From contig NC_068995.1 in assembly GCF_001194135.2 (NCBI RefSeq), forward strand, positions 54,005,811 through 54,069,810: DNA of 64,000 bases, given 5' to 3'. The position numbers and the translations under genes are program-made. The notes beneath the pieces were generated by a model, which ran no database searches, had not been told where the DNA came from, and was given only the letters and a program-made list of their open reading frames with translations. Shown here piece by piece: positions 1 to 13,689 of the stretch; positions within the stretch are counted from its first letter, which is position 1, and every line of letters starts with the position of its first letter. Source of the DNA: Octopus bimaculoides. Lineage: Eukaryota.

Positions 1-798
1 TGTCTTTGTGAGCTGTGTTTGAGGAAAATTGGCAGAATGAAACAAAGTCACGATAGTTCCCGAATGTTTACGGCCAGATTTCAATAATAACATTTATTCG
101 TCCTAGGTCAATAAATAAATTACTAATCTTACGTTCAAAATATCATGTTTTTCTGGATTGCAGATGTATGTCAATGCTGTATCTTTGCTCCACGATGCAT
201 CGATGATTGCGTCACAGAACATCAAGGGAGTCGCTTGCCTTATAATACAACTCCATTAACACTTTAATGTTCTAATTGTGAATTTAATTTTTCAAAATGC
301 TCATGATTGAGGCTCGAGCATCCACTAAATAAAAAAGGGTTTTAATTAAATAAACATAAAATTAATACACAGAAGTTGCCATCAATCCAGGAAAAATGGA
401 GACAAATTTAAAATGTTAACGGCGTTAAATAACTATATACGTAAAATATTTTCTATCATAGAAAATAATCTTCTCAGCTAAATATTAAAATAACCCAGAG
501 ACAAAATTAAATGCAATTTAACTTTTAAAACTACTCTAAATATAAAATGCTTACAAAAAAGCCATTAGTCAGCGATAATAGATTAAAAACTTCAAGTGCT
601 TGGAAAGATTGTCACGGTTTTCATCAAATTCATGCTGCCAAAAATGAAAAACAAAACAACTACTCCAACCAAAACTTTACTCTCGAAATGTCTCAGATAA
701 CAATAAAAAATGATAACTTGTTCTTTCTAAGCTAGAAATAAATCCCCTGATTTATAATTTATTCAAAATGTAAAAAAATAGCACACATGGATCGAAGT

Positions 799-978
799 TA
801 ACAGTTAATAACAATTCTTTTCTACTCTAGTCACAGGGCCCGAAATTTTTGGGGAGGGGTCAGTCGATTAGATCGACACCAGTACGCAACTGGTGCTTAA
901 CTTATCGACATCGAAAGGATGAAAAGTAAAGCTGACCTCGGCGGAATGTGAACTTAGAACGTAAAGACAGATGAAATA
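799..978 (-). mobile_element. tRNA-derived SINE, 5'-truncated copy 1 of a tandem pair
   Basis: Reverse-orientation SINE body (cacagggccc...gtcgattagatcgac...aaaggatgaaaagtaaagctgacctcggcggaatgtgaacttagaacgtaaagac). It aligns by eye with the copies at 979, 1187, 8561, 45546, 52665 and 62288. Confidence 0.85.
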
Positions 979-1156
979 TAACAATCGCTAACATTCTTTT
1001 CTACTCCTTGCACAAGGCCCAACATTTTGAGGGAGGGGGCCAGTCGATTAGATCGACCTCAGTACGCAACTGATACTTAACTTATCGACCCCGGAAGGAT
1101 GAAAAGCAAAGTCGACCTCGGCGGAATTTGAACTCAGAACGTAAAGAGACGAAATA
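979..1156 (-). mobile_element. tRNA-derived SINE, 5'-truncated copy 2 of a tandem pair
   Basis: Same body as copy 1 (gcacaaggccc...gtcgacctcggcggaatttgaactcagaacgtaaagagacgaaata), truncated at the same point. Confidence 0.85.
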
Positions 1157-1186
1157 TAACAACCGGTAATATTATTTCTAAATATT

Positions 1187-1403
1187 GGAGCGAGCTAGCA
1201 GAATTGTTACCTTGCGGGCAAAATGCCTAGCAGCATTTCATCCGTCTTTACGTTCTGTGTTCAAATTCCGCTGAGGTCAACTGTGCCGTTAATTTTTCTG
1301 AAGTCTATAAAATATGGACCAGTTGGGCACTGGGGGAGATATAATCGACTAACCGCAACCCCCGAAAATGCTGGCCTTGAAACTCGATTTGAGACCGATA
1401 TTA
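1187..1403 (+). mobile_element. tRNA-derived SINE, near full length, inverted relative to copies 1 and 2
   Basis: Head ggagcgagctagcagaattgtta with a B-box-like gttcaaattcc, then a body ending gctggccttg...gagacc. Confidence 0.85.
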
Positions 1404-1454
1404 CTCATAAATCATGATGTACATTTACACAAATGTATAAATAAATCGAATTAG

Positions 1455-1508
1455 AAAATTAGTCTACTATATATAGTATACAAAATTAGTCTACTATATA
1501 TAGTATAC
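1455..1508. repeat. Perfect 27-bp tandem duplication
   Basis: aaaattagtctactatatatagtatac occurs twice in tandem. Confidence 0.95.
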
Positions 1509-4126
1509 AAAACAGGAAATTACATCTGCATAAACACTTGACAATCAAATGAAATACATTTTTGACATTACTGGGTATTGCTCAACTTACGTGCACTCAG
1601 CGCAGATCAGCAGATTAGATTCAGTTTATACATCAGTGTTTTTCTCTAAATATAAGTTGTTCGGGGCAAAGGAACAAATAAGTTAATTCTCGAAATGAAT
1701 ATATATTTCATGCTCTTACAGCGTACACTTTGTGACCGAAACCACTGGAGATTTACCGCGCATATAACAACTAAGAAATGATAATTTTTCCAGCTAAGGC
1801 ACAACGATAAGTTAGTATTTCGTACACTTATGCCAGCATTAATGTAATTTACAGTTAAGATGCTTAACTCTCTACGAGCAATGTTAACTTTATATAACAT
1901 TAGATGATATTTTCCATCAGCATTTCACGTAGTGACAGCAAAATATCACGAACGAGTGTTTCGTCATAGCGCATCGTTTTGTACTGCAGTATGTTTGTTG
2001 ACAGAGCTAGTATCATCATCTGACCACAATATTTATAAAGACATGTCTTTGTTAATTATACATCAACAAGCCAATAGTATTATCGTATTGGTTTGTTTAA
2101 AATTTTAGCTTTGGTGCCATTATGGCCGTGTATAATCACTGCTCGTAGAAAAGTAATGGAATCGTAGTCTGAGACATTATATTTGGAAGGCCAAAGATTG
2201 AAGTTGAAAATGTATAGGCTGCCATAGTCAATTACAGTAGATAGCACTGGAAATTAGTTTTTACTAGCAAAGATATTAAACATTTTATTATAAATTCAGA
2301 ATTTTAGCATATATGCACCGAAAAACTGAGGAAAGTTTGTAAGTTATTAGTTTAATATCAACCCTCCCGAGAAAGAGTAACTTTGAAAGGTAACTTTCTA
2401 TTCATGTAACTAAATTATAACTCTCAGTAGCAACTGATAGAGTTGTAAAAGCAACTTAGCGTCCTAAATAAGTGACATTCTGGAGATGAATTGTTATCGA
2501 ATACTAAGATAATACCCAAGTATGCTACTGCTATAAAGAGAGAGAGAAATTTATAAGCAAAATACAAGAGGTGCTAATGCAATTTAGACAGTGATAAATA
2601 TTTGAATGTTTGATGCTAGAATGCAGTGTTTATAAAGCAAATAACTGTATAACTGAAAACACAGAGCTTTCTATTAACACAATAATAACTGATAAGATAA
2701 AGACAAACACTGGTAAATAGTTTTCTTACACACAGTAAACTTTTGTTGCAAAGATAAATTATTTTAGTAACTTCAGTATTTATTTTTGCCGTACTTGGAG
2801 TAAATCAAAGCTGAGAAGGGGTTTACATTCTAATAGTGTGGCTCCAAATTATATTCAGTCCTTATAGTGTCTCCAGAATTACTGTTATAAAAATATTCTG
2901 AAAGATAGAAAGAAAAAAAAATCTGCAAATGTTAATGATTAGGCATAAGATAAAATTCATCGCTACAAACGTGATAAAGTGAAAAATAAGATTCTCAACC
3001 TGTCCTTGAGAATATTTGACCTAAATTGCGTAAAAGCTTCAAGTCAAGGATGAAGCATTTTACTAGCATATTTCATACAATTTCTGATCGTGACCAATCA
3101 CATAGCTAATGTCGATTCACATTAGTCTGATGTGTTCAGATATTCCATATGAATTCGAAGTATACGAGCCGTGAACACAAACTCAGGTAGAAAAATAAAT
3201 ATAAATACACAGTAGACAGTCTTTTGAGTAGTGTCAAGGTTTAAGTCAACTTTGAAAGAGATATGAATTCTCTATTGAAAATATTTCAGCATTTTTACTG
3301 GTGTATTTGGAGATGAATGGCAAAATCGACACCAAGGGATTTTGAACTGAAAGTAGTAATTCACCAAACTACAAACCGTAAAAACATCAATATTCATTTT
3401 CTATTATCTTGACCTTCTTTGCTGTCCTACATGGAAAGAAATAAAATTATCGATATGTGTGTGTGCGAATGTGCATGTATGTGTAATGCTTGTGTGATTT
3501 ACTGTAAAATTGCATATATGTTCACTCCATATGTTTTGGTTTTTATTTTGTCATGGGTAAAACACGAAGATATCTGATTATTGAATAAGCTATGTAGTAA
3601 TGCATGTATGCTGTCAGATAACATTTCTATATTGGTGCTTCTTTTTGAAGAATAATGGTCTGAATATTCGAATCTTACATCCATTTCCATCTTTATTGAG
3701 TCCTTTCATCTGAAATACTTGGCGCTTTGGGCAACTATGGTAATGTTAGCGATGTGATGAGCGGCTTCTGACAGCTAGCTCTTATGGCCCGAATATAGCA
3801 TATTTAATACAAATCAAGTAGGAGATTAGCACTTTCCATTGATATAAATAGAATTGATAGTGAAAAGCTTACGAGTGAGTTTCCAAACTAAAAGCACAAA
3901 ACACGGAAAAAAAGGAAGTGACTATTAATAGAAATGATGTTTGCTGACCTTGAAAGTTTGTGGCATTGAAAGGTAACTGAACTGATTTCAATATCGACAA
4001 TTTCTAACATCACTTTACCTACTGAGTCCGAATTCGAATTATGTCAAGTTTAACATGACGGAAAATTTACACACCTACACATCTAGAGTGTTGACTTGAG
4101 CCTATATTACAAATAATAATTCTTCA

Positions 4127-4545
4127 GCGGATTGGTCGTCGAATTGAAGAGAGGTGGCGAATAGAATGCATTTACGCGCTTAAATAAAAGTGAGTTCAAA
4201 TCTCACCCCCGTCAACTTCGCCTTACGACTCTCATGGTTCGATACAATGAAGAACCAGTAAAGTGTGGGGATCATTGACGTCGGCTGATAACTCAGCTTC
4301 ACAAATCAGGCGCAGTAAATATATACGATTAATAATAGTGAAGTTGTATTGGCAGAATGGTCAAAGCATCTGAAATGTGTTTTGTGGTACTCATCTCTTT
4401 TTGTATTCGGAATTCAAATTTTGTTGTTGTCATGTTTGAATTTCATCGTTCCGTGTTTGGTAAAATAAAGTACCAGACAAGTATGGCGTAAACGGTATCG
4501 ACTACTTTCCACCACTCAAATATGTAGACCTCGTTCCTCAATCAC
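4127..4545 (+). mobile_element. Two old, decayed copies of the same SINE family
   Basis: Remnant motifs gagttcaaatctcacccccgtcaacttcgcc and ttggcagaatggtcaaagcatc...ggaattcaaattt...aataaagtaccag...atcgactac. Confidence 0.6.
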
Positions 4546-7039
4546 AAATCAATGATGGCTTCCAATCTTCGAAACTGAAAACTTAAAGATTTTGAGGTCG
4601 AAGTTCAGATAAAATTTTAAGACATCCAAAATAATTGGCGGAAATTTACATTATGATCTCACGCATAACCTCGACGGTGCTGACAGTAAATCGGGATATG
4701 AATGAAGACGTATGTCGAAAGGAGCATAACAACTTCAGAAACCACTTTCAAGACACACATGGGTTGCAGTTTCCGAAATTAGCGAGGCGCTGGAAACGTG
4801 TCGGAGATGGTGGAATGATAAAAATAAGTAAGAATGCTCCCAACAAGAAAGAGGGTACTCCAGCAAATTATAAAGTAGAAAGAGTGAAGATGAACCTACC
4901 TACAGGTGGACGAGGGCAAACTCGAAGCCCAAACTGAAACAAATTCCATGATTTTTCAAAGAACACAGAAGAATTTTATAAATGAAAGACAAAAACAATT
5001 GTATGAGGCAGAGGTCATGGGAAATCATTTAGATCTGAAATAAAAAACATTCAATGATAGACTTTCCGTGAAAACAACAGCAGCATACAATCAAGTATAA
5101 AGGCAGTTTCACCTAGAAGATATGGTAATTTACTTTTCGATTTCCAGGTAAAATATAGTAACAAGTACCTTTAGTTCCAGTAGGGTTCAGTATGAAGTTG
5201 GTGGGTGATTTGAAAAGGATATGGAATACCTTCTGACAAGTTTACGAACTGATTCTCAGTGGTTGAGGTCCCCACTACCGTAGAAGTCTTATGTCATGGT
5301 TTAATTTTTGATTTTATTTATTTTCTCCACACCGTTTTTTGTACACACATTTTTAAATCCTGTTCTTTGTATTAACGATTTATATGTAATTTATTTTTTA
5401 CACGACTTTTGTGTAAAGCCTTAACATCAAATTTTGCATAAATGAATAAATTACCCTTGCATAATATCTCGGATTACAGATTATCATTTTACAATGTGAA
5501 ATATATAATCCCAAATTAAAACAGTTATCGCTAACTATTGTATAATGAAGATAAAGAACAATCTGATGTACAAATAATGTAGATATTGGATTTGACTATG
5601 ATTTAAACTCAGAAATGCTTGGAGATTTAGAAGTAATTTTATTTCTCTCGAAGAGAATTAAGTTGTATTTTTTTCTGTTGGGAAGATGAAACAGGGAAAT
5701 TCTAATGTCATAGGTTTCGCTATAATTAAGATAATGTAATTCTGAATTCCTTTGGATAAATTACATTCAGCGCACGATGCAGCGTCAGCATGGGCGACCA
5801 TGACAGCGTTAATACCTGAGACATAAACAGTAACAACATTAACAGCCATTGAAATAACATGTTGCCATTTACCATACTGTAGCTAATATGTCACAGAAGC
5901 CTGTTGGCGTTCTTGCTTTCTTTCTTTTTTTCCACTTCCTACATGATCGTATTAGAACACATTTCATTCTATACGATCACTTTAACATTGAATTTAAAAC
6001 GTATAGAAGCCATCTCTTCAGAAGTGATAAAACTCACTCATTCTTCCATAAATTCTTCCTCTCTGATCATTCACCCTTTCTCTTTGGTCTGATATGATAA
6101 AAGACTGTTTCCCTACTTGATTCAATAATTTAATTTAGTTTAATTTAGCCAATAGACCATAAAAATGAAATTATTGAAGCCTTTTCTGGAGAGTTGCTAA
6201 TCTAATTATGACCTCCATTTCTCGTGAACTTTTTAAAATTAATACCAAAGTAACTGTACATAATGGAATTTTCTATTTGTCTGACCTATTCTCGCTGTTT
6301 ACAGATTTTTATATATTACTTGATTTTTTTTTTAATAAGTGAAAACAGGAAGACAGATCCAAGTTGATTTTTTTCTTAAATGGTAGGAACGAAATTAAAT
6401 TGTGTCCTGACGCACAGAAATATCTAGGCTTAATCATTAGCCTCTAATTTAAAATACTTCATATTCGAATAGTCTTACATTAAAACAACAAAATAAATTG
6501 ACGGGGACGAATGCTAAAATACTACTACTATGAACACATATCACCGAGGATGTAATTAGATAAAACCGTTGTGAAGAAACCATTCAAGTTCAATTATATT
6601 GTGGCGTAGGTTTTCCAAATACGTTTCGATATAGTTAGTCCCTCTACATTTATCATACAGAACAAATTGATAGAATATTGTATGTGAAGAACACAGAATA
6701 CTATGTTCTAGTTTCAGCTGCGATTCCTAGTGTACAATATTAGTTTGGTGATGCTGGGATCTTTATGGACATTTGTTGTTAGCTGACATATTCATCGCTT
6801 TGTATACAATGAGTCTTGCCAGTGATGCTATTATTGCAAATGTGTCGCGAAATGAAACGCTGTTTATATCGTTAGGAGTGTGTGGGCTTAGTACGTATAC
6901 GTTCAGATACGGAATATTTCTGTATATTTTCTATCTCTCAATTCCGTCTTACAATATATTAATTCCCTCAGAGTGAGTGACGTAAAAAAAATTAAAATAA
7001 AGACACGTGTGCTCAATGTATTTTACGAAAGTCAGTGGA

Positions 7040-7330
7040 TGTGATTCTGCGAATATTCAGTACGGCGTTCTAAAACTTTATATTCGTTACTCTTCTGAAG
7101 ATTGTCTGGTTGCTCATAAAATAATTACAGTAGGCAAAGCTGCTTTGATATTCACACCAAAATCTCTGGTCTGTACCACCGAATATCTTCCTATGTGGTC
7201 AAATATTATATTTGAATATGCTATCAACCAAATTTCCTTTAAACCGCCGCCTACCATTTCAACAAAGTAGGCATTGATAAAGCGATCATGACAGCATGGG
7301 CATATCTGGAATGTCTCATGTATCATATAT
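7040..7330 (+). mobile_element. Possible highly decayed RTE-like LINE fragment
   Basis: Translation YSSEDCLVAHKIITVGKAALIF loosely resembles the post-RT YLGS..S.D....EI..RIGKA..AF motif. The match is weak. Confidence 0.25.
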
Positions 7331-8560
7331 GTGATACACAATGATCAAACATCACAAACAACAAATGAGGAAAGATCAGTCATGGCATGTATTTCGAGTT
7401 GTCAACAGGAAAACATCTATATATACTCGATCAATATATGTTATGACATCACAGCATGGCCTTTTGCATTATTATACTCTACTGATAACAATAACAACAC
7501 GTATTAAGAAAGTCGATTTTTCTATAATGATTCTGAACATCGTCACACGATTGCAATTCTGGAGGCGTGGAGCAGCAGATTAAATCTACTTCAATATTTC
7601 CTTGGTAATTATTTTATAGATCCTAAGGGATGGAAGGCAAAATCTGAACACAAATATTTAAAGCTAAATTGTACAAAAGGTTTTATGTCATGTACTACCT
7701 TTTTCCTTCTTTTCCTGTTACTCGATCTCCATTGTGATTTCTTGCAATACACATCGAGATACCAACTATCTCAAAAATTACTTTCTCAAAATTCCTATTC
7801 GGGGTTTATATGTATTGATGCATACTTCTGTATGTATATCGTTTGCCCATGGGAAAACTGTGATCTATCTAAACTATAATCAAAAGATTTACTGATATGC
7901 TTTCCCTTTTGATTAGATTTCTTTAGGGCTACATTACAGAATATATCCTTTCTGTTATAGCTGGAAGGTTATTATAAATGTTTTATTTGACTGCTATTTC
8001 CAGCGATCGATGAGATGCGTACAGAATTGGTGGTTCGATTTTAATTGTTTCTTGCTATTATGCATTGCACGGAATCCATCAAAGCTAAAATAAAAACAAA
8101 ACTATTTTGTTTTCGGGAGACGAGTGTTTGTAATATGAAAGAAATTTAATTTGGTGTGACGAAAAATTTCCCTTATGAATAATTTCAAATTAAATTAATT
8201 AATTGTTTTCAAAAATCATGACTCTACTTATGTGACGCATTGGGAATTTAATATCCAATTCTTAGATATTTCAATTTATTTGATGTCTTCTAAGCAATTC
8301 TGATACACTACAGCTACAGAGAATTTTTAAAGAAACTGTATACATTATATGATTAGGTTTCTTGATTTTTGCGTTTGTTTTAGATTATTTATTTTTAGAT
8401 TTTTTAGAATCATTAAGGAACCGTAAAAACTATAACTGAAATTTTTATGACAACATTTTAAAAGTATTTTGTATGTTGATTATAAGATAGTGCGGAATGA
8501 AGTTGGTGAACGGTCGTAGATGTAAGTTAAAATAATTTGACAATGAATAATATCCAATGT

Positions 8561-8737
8561 TATTGGTTTCAAATTTTAGCACAAATCCAGCAATTTTGGG
8601 GACGAGGGTAAGTAGATAACATAGACCCCGAAAGGAGGAAATACGACATTTGAACTCAGAATGTGAAGAATGAAGACGAACGAGTGTCCGCTAAGCATTT
8701 TGCTCGGCATACTAACGATTTTGCCAGCTCACTGTCC
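8561..8737 (-). mobile_element. tRNA-derived SINE with internal deletion
   Basis: tattggtttcaaattttagcacaaatccagcaattttgggg...ccgctaagcattttgctcggcatactaacgattttgccagctcac. Confidence 0.85.
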
Positions 8738-8824
8738 TATAGAATCCAATAATATTAGCAATAAAGAAAAACTGAAACCTTGAATATAACGCCATAGATA
8801 CATCATTTTTGTCTTTTCTCTTAT

Positions 8825-8940
8825 CTTGTTCTTGTTTCAATACATAGACTGTGGCCATGCTGTTGCATTGCATTGAGGAATTTTGATCGAACGAAATGAA
8901 CCGCTAAGGTACGGAGACGTAAACACACCAAAATCAGTAC
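8825..8940 (-). mobile_element. 3' fragment of the second SINE family (same family as 47305-47681)
   Basis: gactgtggccatgctg...gaaccgctaaggtacggagacgtaaacacacc matches the 47340-47480 segment. Confidence 0.6.
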
Positions 8941-9004
8941 CATATATATATATATATATANNNNNNNNNNNNNNNNNNNNNNNNNNNNNNNNNNNNNNNN
9001 NNNN

Positions 9005-9045
<41 letters not shown>

Positions 9046-9088
9046 CTGAGACGTATGTAAATATGTATATATATGTATAGTCTCACAT

Positions 9089-9126
<38 letters not shown>

Positions 9127-10164
9127 TGTGTGTGTGTGCACACCACTTTAATTTGGGATTTATTTTGTAGTCATTTGCTCCCTAACGATACTGCCAATAT
9201 ATTTGGAGCATTTCTTTCGACATGATATAATAATTTTACAAGCTGAAGAAGGATGTCAACTGACTTTTCAACCTGTTAGAAATGTCAGTAGCGAGAACAT
9301 CTCGAACTACATTCTTCCAAAATAAGAAAATGGCCTTCGAGATCATAAGGAACATAGCACAATAATCCTGGGAAGAATTGAATGCAGTGGGTCATAAAGG
9401 TTCTTGAGACGATATAATTAGAGAACTAAACAATATCCGCTCCTCTGTGGAGAATACTAAATACAAGGTGACTTTTACCTTTTTTCATGGGGTTTATCTA
9501 AGGATAGTAACCGTAGAGAAGAAAAGAAACACACAGCACCATCATTACCTCTTATTTTTTCAACCCGACACACTGGACAAGTGTTTAGAAATAAATGCAA
9601 TGGGTTTACAGTGGATTTCTGTCATTATATAGTTCTACACATTAAGTTGTGATTCATCATGCTGCAATGCCGTTGATATTCTATTTTGTCAAACAGAAGT
9701 TAATCTTATTCTTGCACCAGGTTTCAAGGAAAGGATATTTGATAAATTCCTTCGAATATTGTATGGCTCAACACATTTGATGAACCTCATCGTTTCAAAT
9801 GATAAGCAAGATTAAAATGCATGCGTTTTAAATCCGTGTTAGGTGACAGCTTGGAAAATTAATTAGTGCAGCTGACAATGACTGTTCACTCGAACTTTCT
9901 ATCGAGTTCCAAACGTTGAAGCTGAATTAAAATCCCAGCTGCCTTAATTAAGCTCTATAAGCTTAACGTTCCTACCATAGTTTTATTGTTAGATAGCGTG
10001 CTTTAGATACCATATACTCATTCTATGATGATAAGAATATTTCATTTGATACCAGACCATCTCTAGAGCTCCCGTGGCACAAACTTTCCAGCAAAGCATT
10101 GCATTAATATAATTTAGAGTTGACAGAGAAAGATTTTACTATGATACAGGGACGTTCAACCCAA

Positions 10165-10545
10165 TTCTTCTTCTTCTTGGTAGGCCATTGATATAAACAC
10201 ACCAGATTGTTCTTTTACAAAGTCATGTGATAGAGAAAAAGAGGAAGAAGGACAGAGAGGAATAGAATAGGATAAAATAAAAAAAGAAAAAGTAAACAAA
10301 GAAAATAATAGGGAAAAAGCAAAGAAAATTCACAGCGCAATGCTCTTCTCAGTGCGTGTGAATTACCAGTTAAGACAACGTCTTTCCCTTCCTGTATGGA
10401 TGGTAAGTCAGGGATCATCCTCAAATAATTTTCAGTTCCTTTTTTGATCATTCCAAGTGCTCCTACAATCGTAATCGTTATCCGTCTTGAGATGACACAT
10501 CTTTTCGATTTCAATTAGCAAATATTTATATTTTCTGAGCTTATT
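10165..10545 (-). mobile_element. R4/Dong-like non-LTR retrotransposon, 3' end (restriction-like endonuclease C-terminus)
   Basis: Frameshifted translation KLRKYKYLLIEIEKMCHLKT / TIVGALGMIKKGTENYLRMIPDLPSIQEGKDVVLTGNSHALRRAL matches the KY.DL.IEI..MW...GALG...LLGT..ILR C-terminus of R4-clade elements. It abuts an (ATT)n array. Confidence 0.85.
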
Positions 10546-10560
10546 ATTTTTTCTCTACGC

Positions 10561-10730
<170 letters not shown>

Positions 10731-11394
10731 GATGTGATTGTTAATTCTTTTATGTCACTGAAAAAATCTTTTGAAACATTTTATGGTACTGTTCAAGAGG
10801 GAAATCACGTTTCCTTATTATGATGGAACGTATTCATTGAATATCATTTAATTTCCATCTCTATTACTGTCTAAAGAAATAAGACAGATCCAGGAAGAAC
10901 CGTTGTGTTAATAATAATTGCTATAATAGAAAATATCTCCTACGAGAAAGGCTTTCATTTGTGAAAAACAGATAGAAGGACTGTGAATGAAGTGTATTAT
11001 ATCTAATTCATATCATATCAACTGATTTATATTCTGTGATATCAAACGTAAGGGATATGAAGCTGGCTGCATATCAAACATACAGCATTGAAAAATATTT
11101 GTACTCATTGTTACCAAAGTACTGAGTGTTTTCCATAATTCCTTCAAGTAGAATCTCTCTTATACATATTTCTAATACATATACTGCATAGATAAAGTAG
11201 CAAAGAAAATGAATGAGCATTGTCTGATTCAATCCTATTTGTTCTGTAAGGACTAATTTCTTCAGCTACCTATATGTATCACCTGCTTATATATGCAATA
11301 TATAATATGCATATAATATATGTGTACACATATTCTTCCCCTAATATCCTAGATTAAGTGCCGTAGCTCTGACGTCGCAGCTTTTGTGCTCCGC

Positions 11395-12250
11395 ATTAAA
11401 CAATTAGTCGATTGCCAGTCTAGTTCTGAATGCGTTCATTGCAAGGTGTTTTCTTACTTTCCTCTGACACTGTAACCTGAATAAAACTTATTAATTCTCT
11501 CCTAATCATCTTTTTCATAACGACGCACTGTTTTTGTAAATCGACAATTGCTATCGTAAAAACCTGTTTCATTAATTTACTAATTTGCTCACTTAAACTT
11601 GGTGTGCGGTGATCGATGAATTCGTCTTTCACTAACCTCATTTCTGCCTACGAAGCTTATATATGCCAATCGTAACAAATTTCTACACTGGCCTGTAGGA
11701 TAGTCTATTTAGATACGATGTGGATTGTCGGTGGCTGTTTGTCCATTTTTACATTAGCACATTTGGAGAGTCACGTCGACACCTGTCAGACACTTTGAAA
11801 CGTCGAGGTAGGTTGGCGAGGATTTTTAGCCCTCCTTTCTTAACAGCAATCACTCACTCTTAACAAGTATCCAATATCGGGTCCTAGTCCCTCACTTACA
11901 CTAAAGTGAAGGATACTTCGAGGAAAACTTCTAGACATCTGAAGAGAACTGGTTCGCTCCCACCTATAGGTGACTATAAAGTATTCCTTCAGAACCCCCC
12001 ACTTTTCACAACGGTTCATGTCCACGACCACCAAAGTCACTGATATAGTTCTTATCATGAGATTCAGGTCGTCACGAAACAACTTTGGTACTCTCCCTTC
12101 ATTCCACTCTATTTTATATGTCAAACACCAACATGTTCCAATGCATTTTTATCTCAAGTTTTGATTTAGGGATATTTGGTTACTATTCCTAGCCATCGAG
12201 AGATCTGTACCGGTTGAAATATGTCCTTGTTTCTAAAATGTGATAAAGAT
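11395..12250 (-). mobile_element. Decayed L1/Tx1-like non-LTR retrotransposon, C-terminal region
   Basis: Stop- and frameshift-riddled minus-strand translation (TILQASVEICYDWHI...RLVKDEFIDHRTPSLSEQ...) resembles the zinc-knuckle and C-terminal region of Tx1-type ORF2. GC is raised relative to the flanks. Confidence 0.45.
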
Positions 12251-13114
12251 GATACTTAGAGAGAAATGAGCATACGCGATGTAACATGCTTTAACCCATT
12301 CACTACACGAAGATCAGTTTAAAGATTAACCAAATATTTGATATCATTGCCACACACAATTATTGTCTTTGACTAATTAAAAATTTAAAACAAATATTTC
12401 AATGAAACGAAAAATACTAAACCCAAATGGATTTGAAATGAAAAGCCTCGAAAGTAAAAACAAAAGCACAACATACTTACAAATAAAAATGACGTTAAAT
12501 AGAATTCGGATAATTTTCCGTGTAGTTGTAGTTTTGTCTATGTTCCGGTCAGTGTGCATTTGTGTGTGTACGTGTTGGTGTGTCTAACTGCGTGGGTTTA
12601 TGTATGTGTGTGTGTCTGTGTATTTATCTGTGTTTTCCTAATCAATAAAATACAGTTTCACAGACGTAAACTTAGTTAAAACTGATTTGCTTCTCATTCA
12701 TTGAAACTACAAAATATAGAATGACGAGTAAGAAGTATGCTGTTGCTGAAAGAATAATAAGAAAACAACACATTTCTAAATATTAATCGGAGACATTATG
12801 ACTCACTACTTAACTATTACCTTCAGGAAAGACATGAATTTCCTAATATCCGATTGGTGAGACGAAAAATAATTTCTCAATATTACTTCATGCAGTGTAT
12901 TTAGTGCAAGACATTTTGCTTTGTTGATTCGTGTATGTATTATACCCAAGATGAACATTTGACTCTAGAAAGAGAAACAAATAGCACGTTGTGTTATCGA
13001 TGATTATGGCGTCTGCTTATTTCTAAAACCTAAGGTAAATATTCACAGCCAACATTTCAGTAAATAGTTACATATTCACTACTCCAGGCAATATCTCCAG
13101 TACGAAACCCCAGA

Positions 13115-13170
13115 ACCACCACCACCACCACCACCACCACCACCACCACCACCACCACCACCACCACCAC
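13115..13170. repeat. (ACC)n microsatellite
   Basis: Direct reading of the sequence. Confidence 0.97.
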
Positions 13171-13689
13171 GCCCATCACCACGTTCATCACCATCAAGAC
13201 AAGAGTACATCACTACTACCACTAACGCTCACTCCAGCAAAATTAAACGCCACAAACTGGAAAACAATTGAAATAGCGAATTGCTATATCGTCAAACGGT
13301 CTGCCTGAAAAAGCAGCTAAATTGCCTACAAAACCATCCTATTTCCATTGTTTTAGGAAAATCTGTATCACGTCAGCTTGAATGTGCAAAAAGATGGGAT
13401 TTTTATGATGGGGATGCCTGTGATCATACAGCTACTTGTTCTGGGCGATTATGGGCGACACAAGGACGATGATCAATGCTACTACAATCAATAACACTAC
13501 ACAGTTATTCTTTCACATAAATATTCCACAGTCAAACTGTTCTTGTTTAAGAGTTATGCGCGCCGATTTTATCGAGGAAACAACAGCAGGATTTCCACAC
13601 GGCACACATCACATCCCATAATTAACTGTCTGAATCTTTGAACAAGAAACAGACAAAGAAAATATGTTCTAGTCAGCAAGTGAGACTCT

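Noticed and set aside
5658-6100. Minus-strand coding-like stretch with a CxxC (SCAECNL)
   Set aside because: Multiple stops and no family motif I can identify. It may be a decayed transposon but cannot be assigned.
7998-8043. Possible mini-exon IDEMRTELVVRF*
   Set aside because: Very short, no recognisable homology, and expected by chance. The same applies to the candidates near 9721 and 51060.
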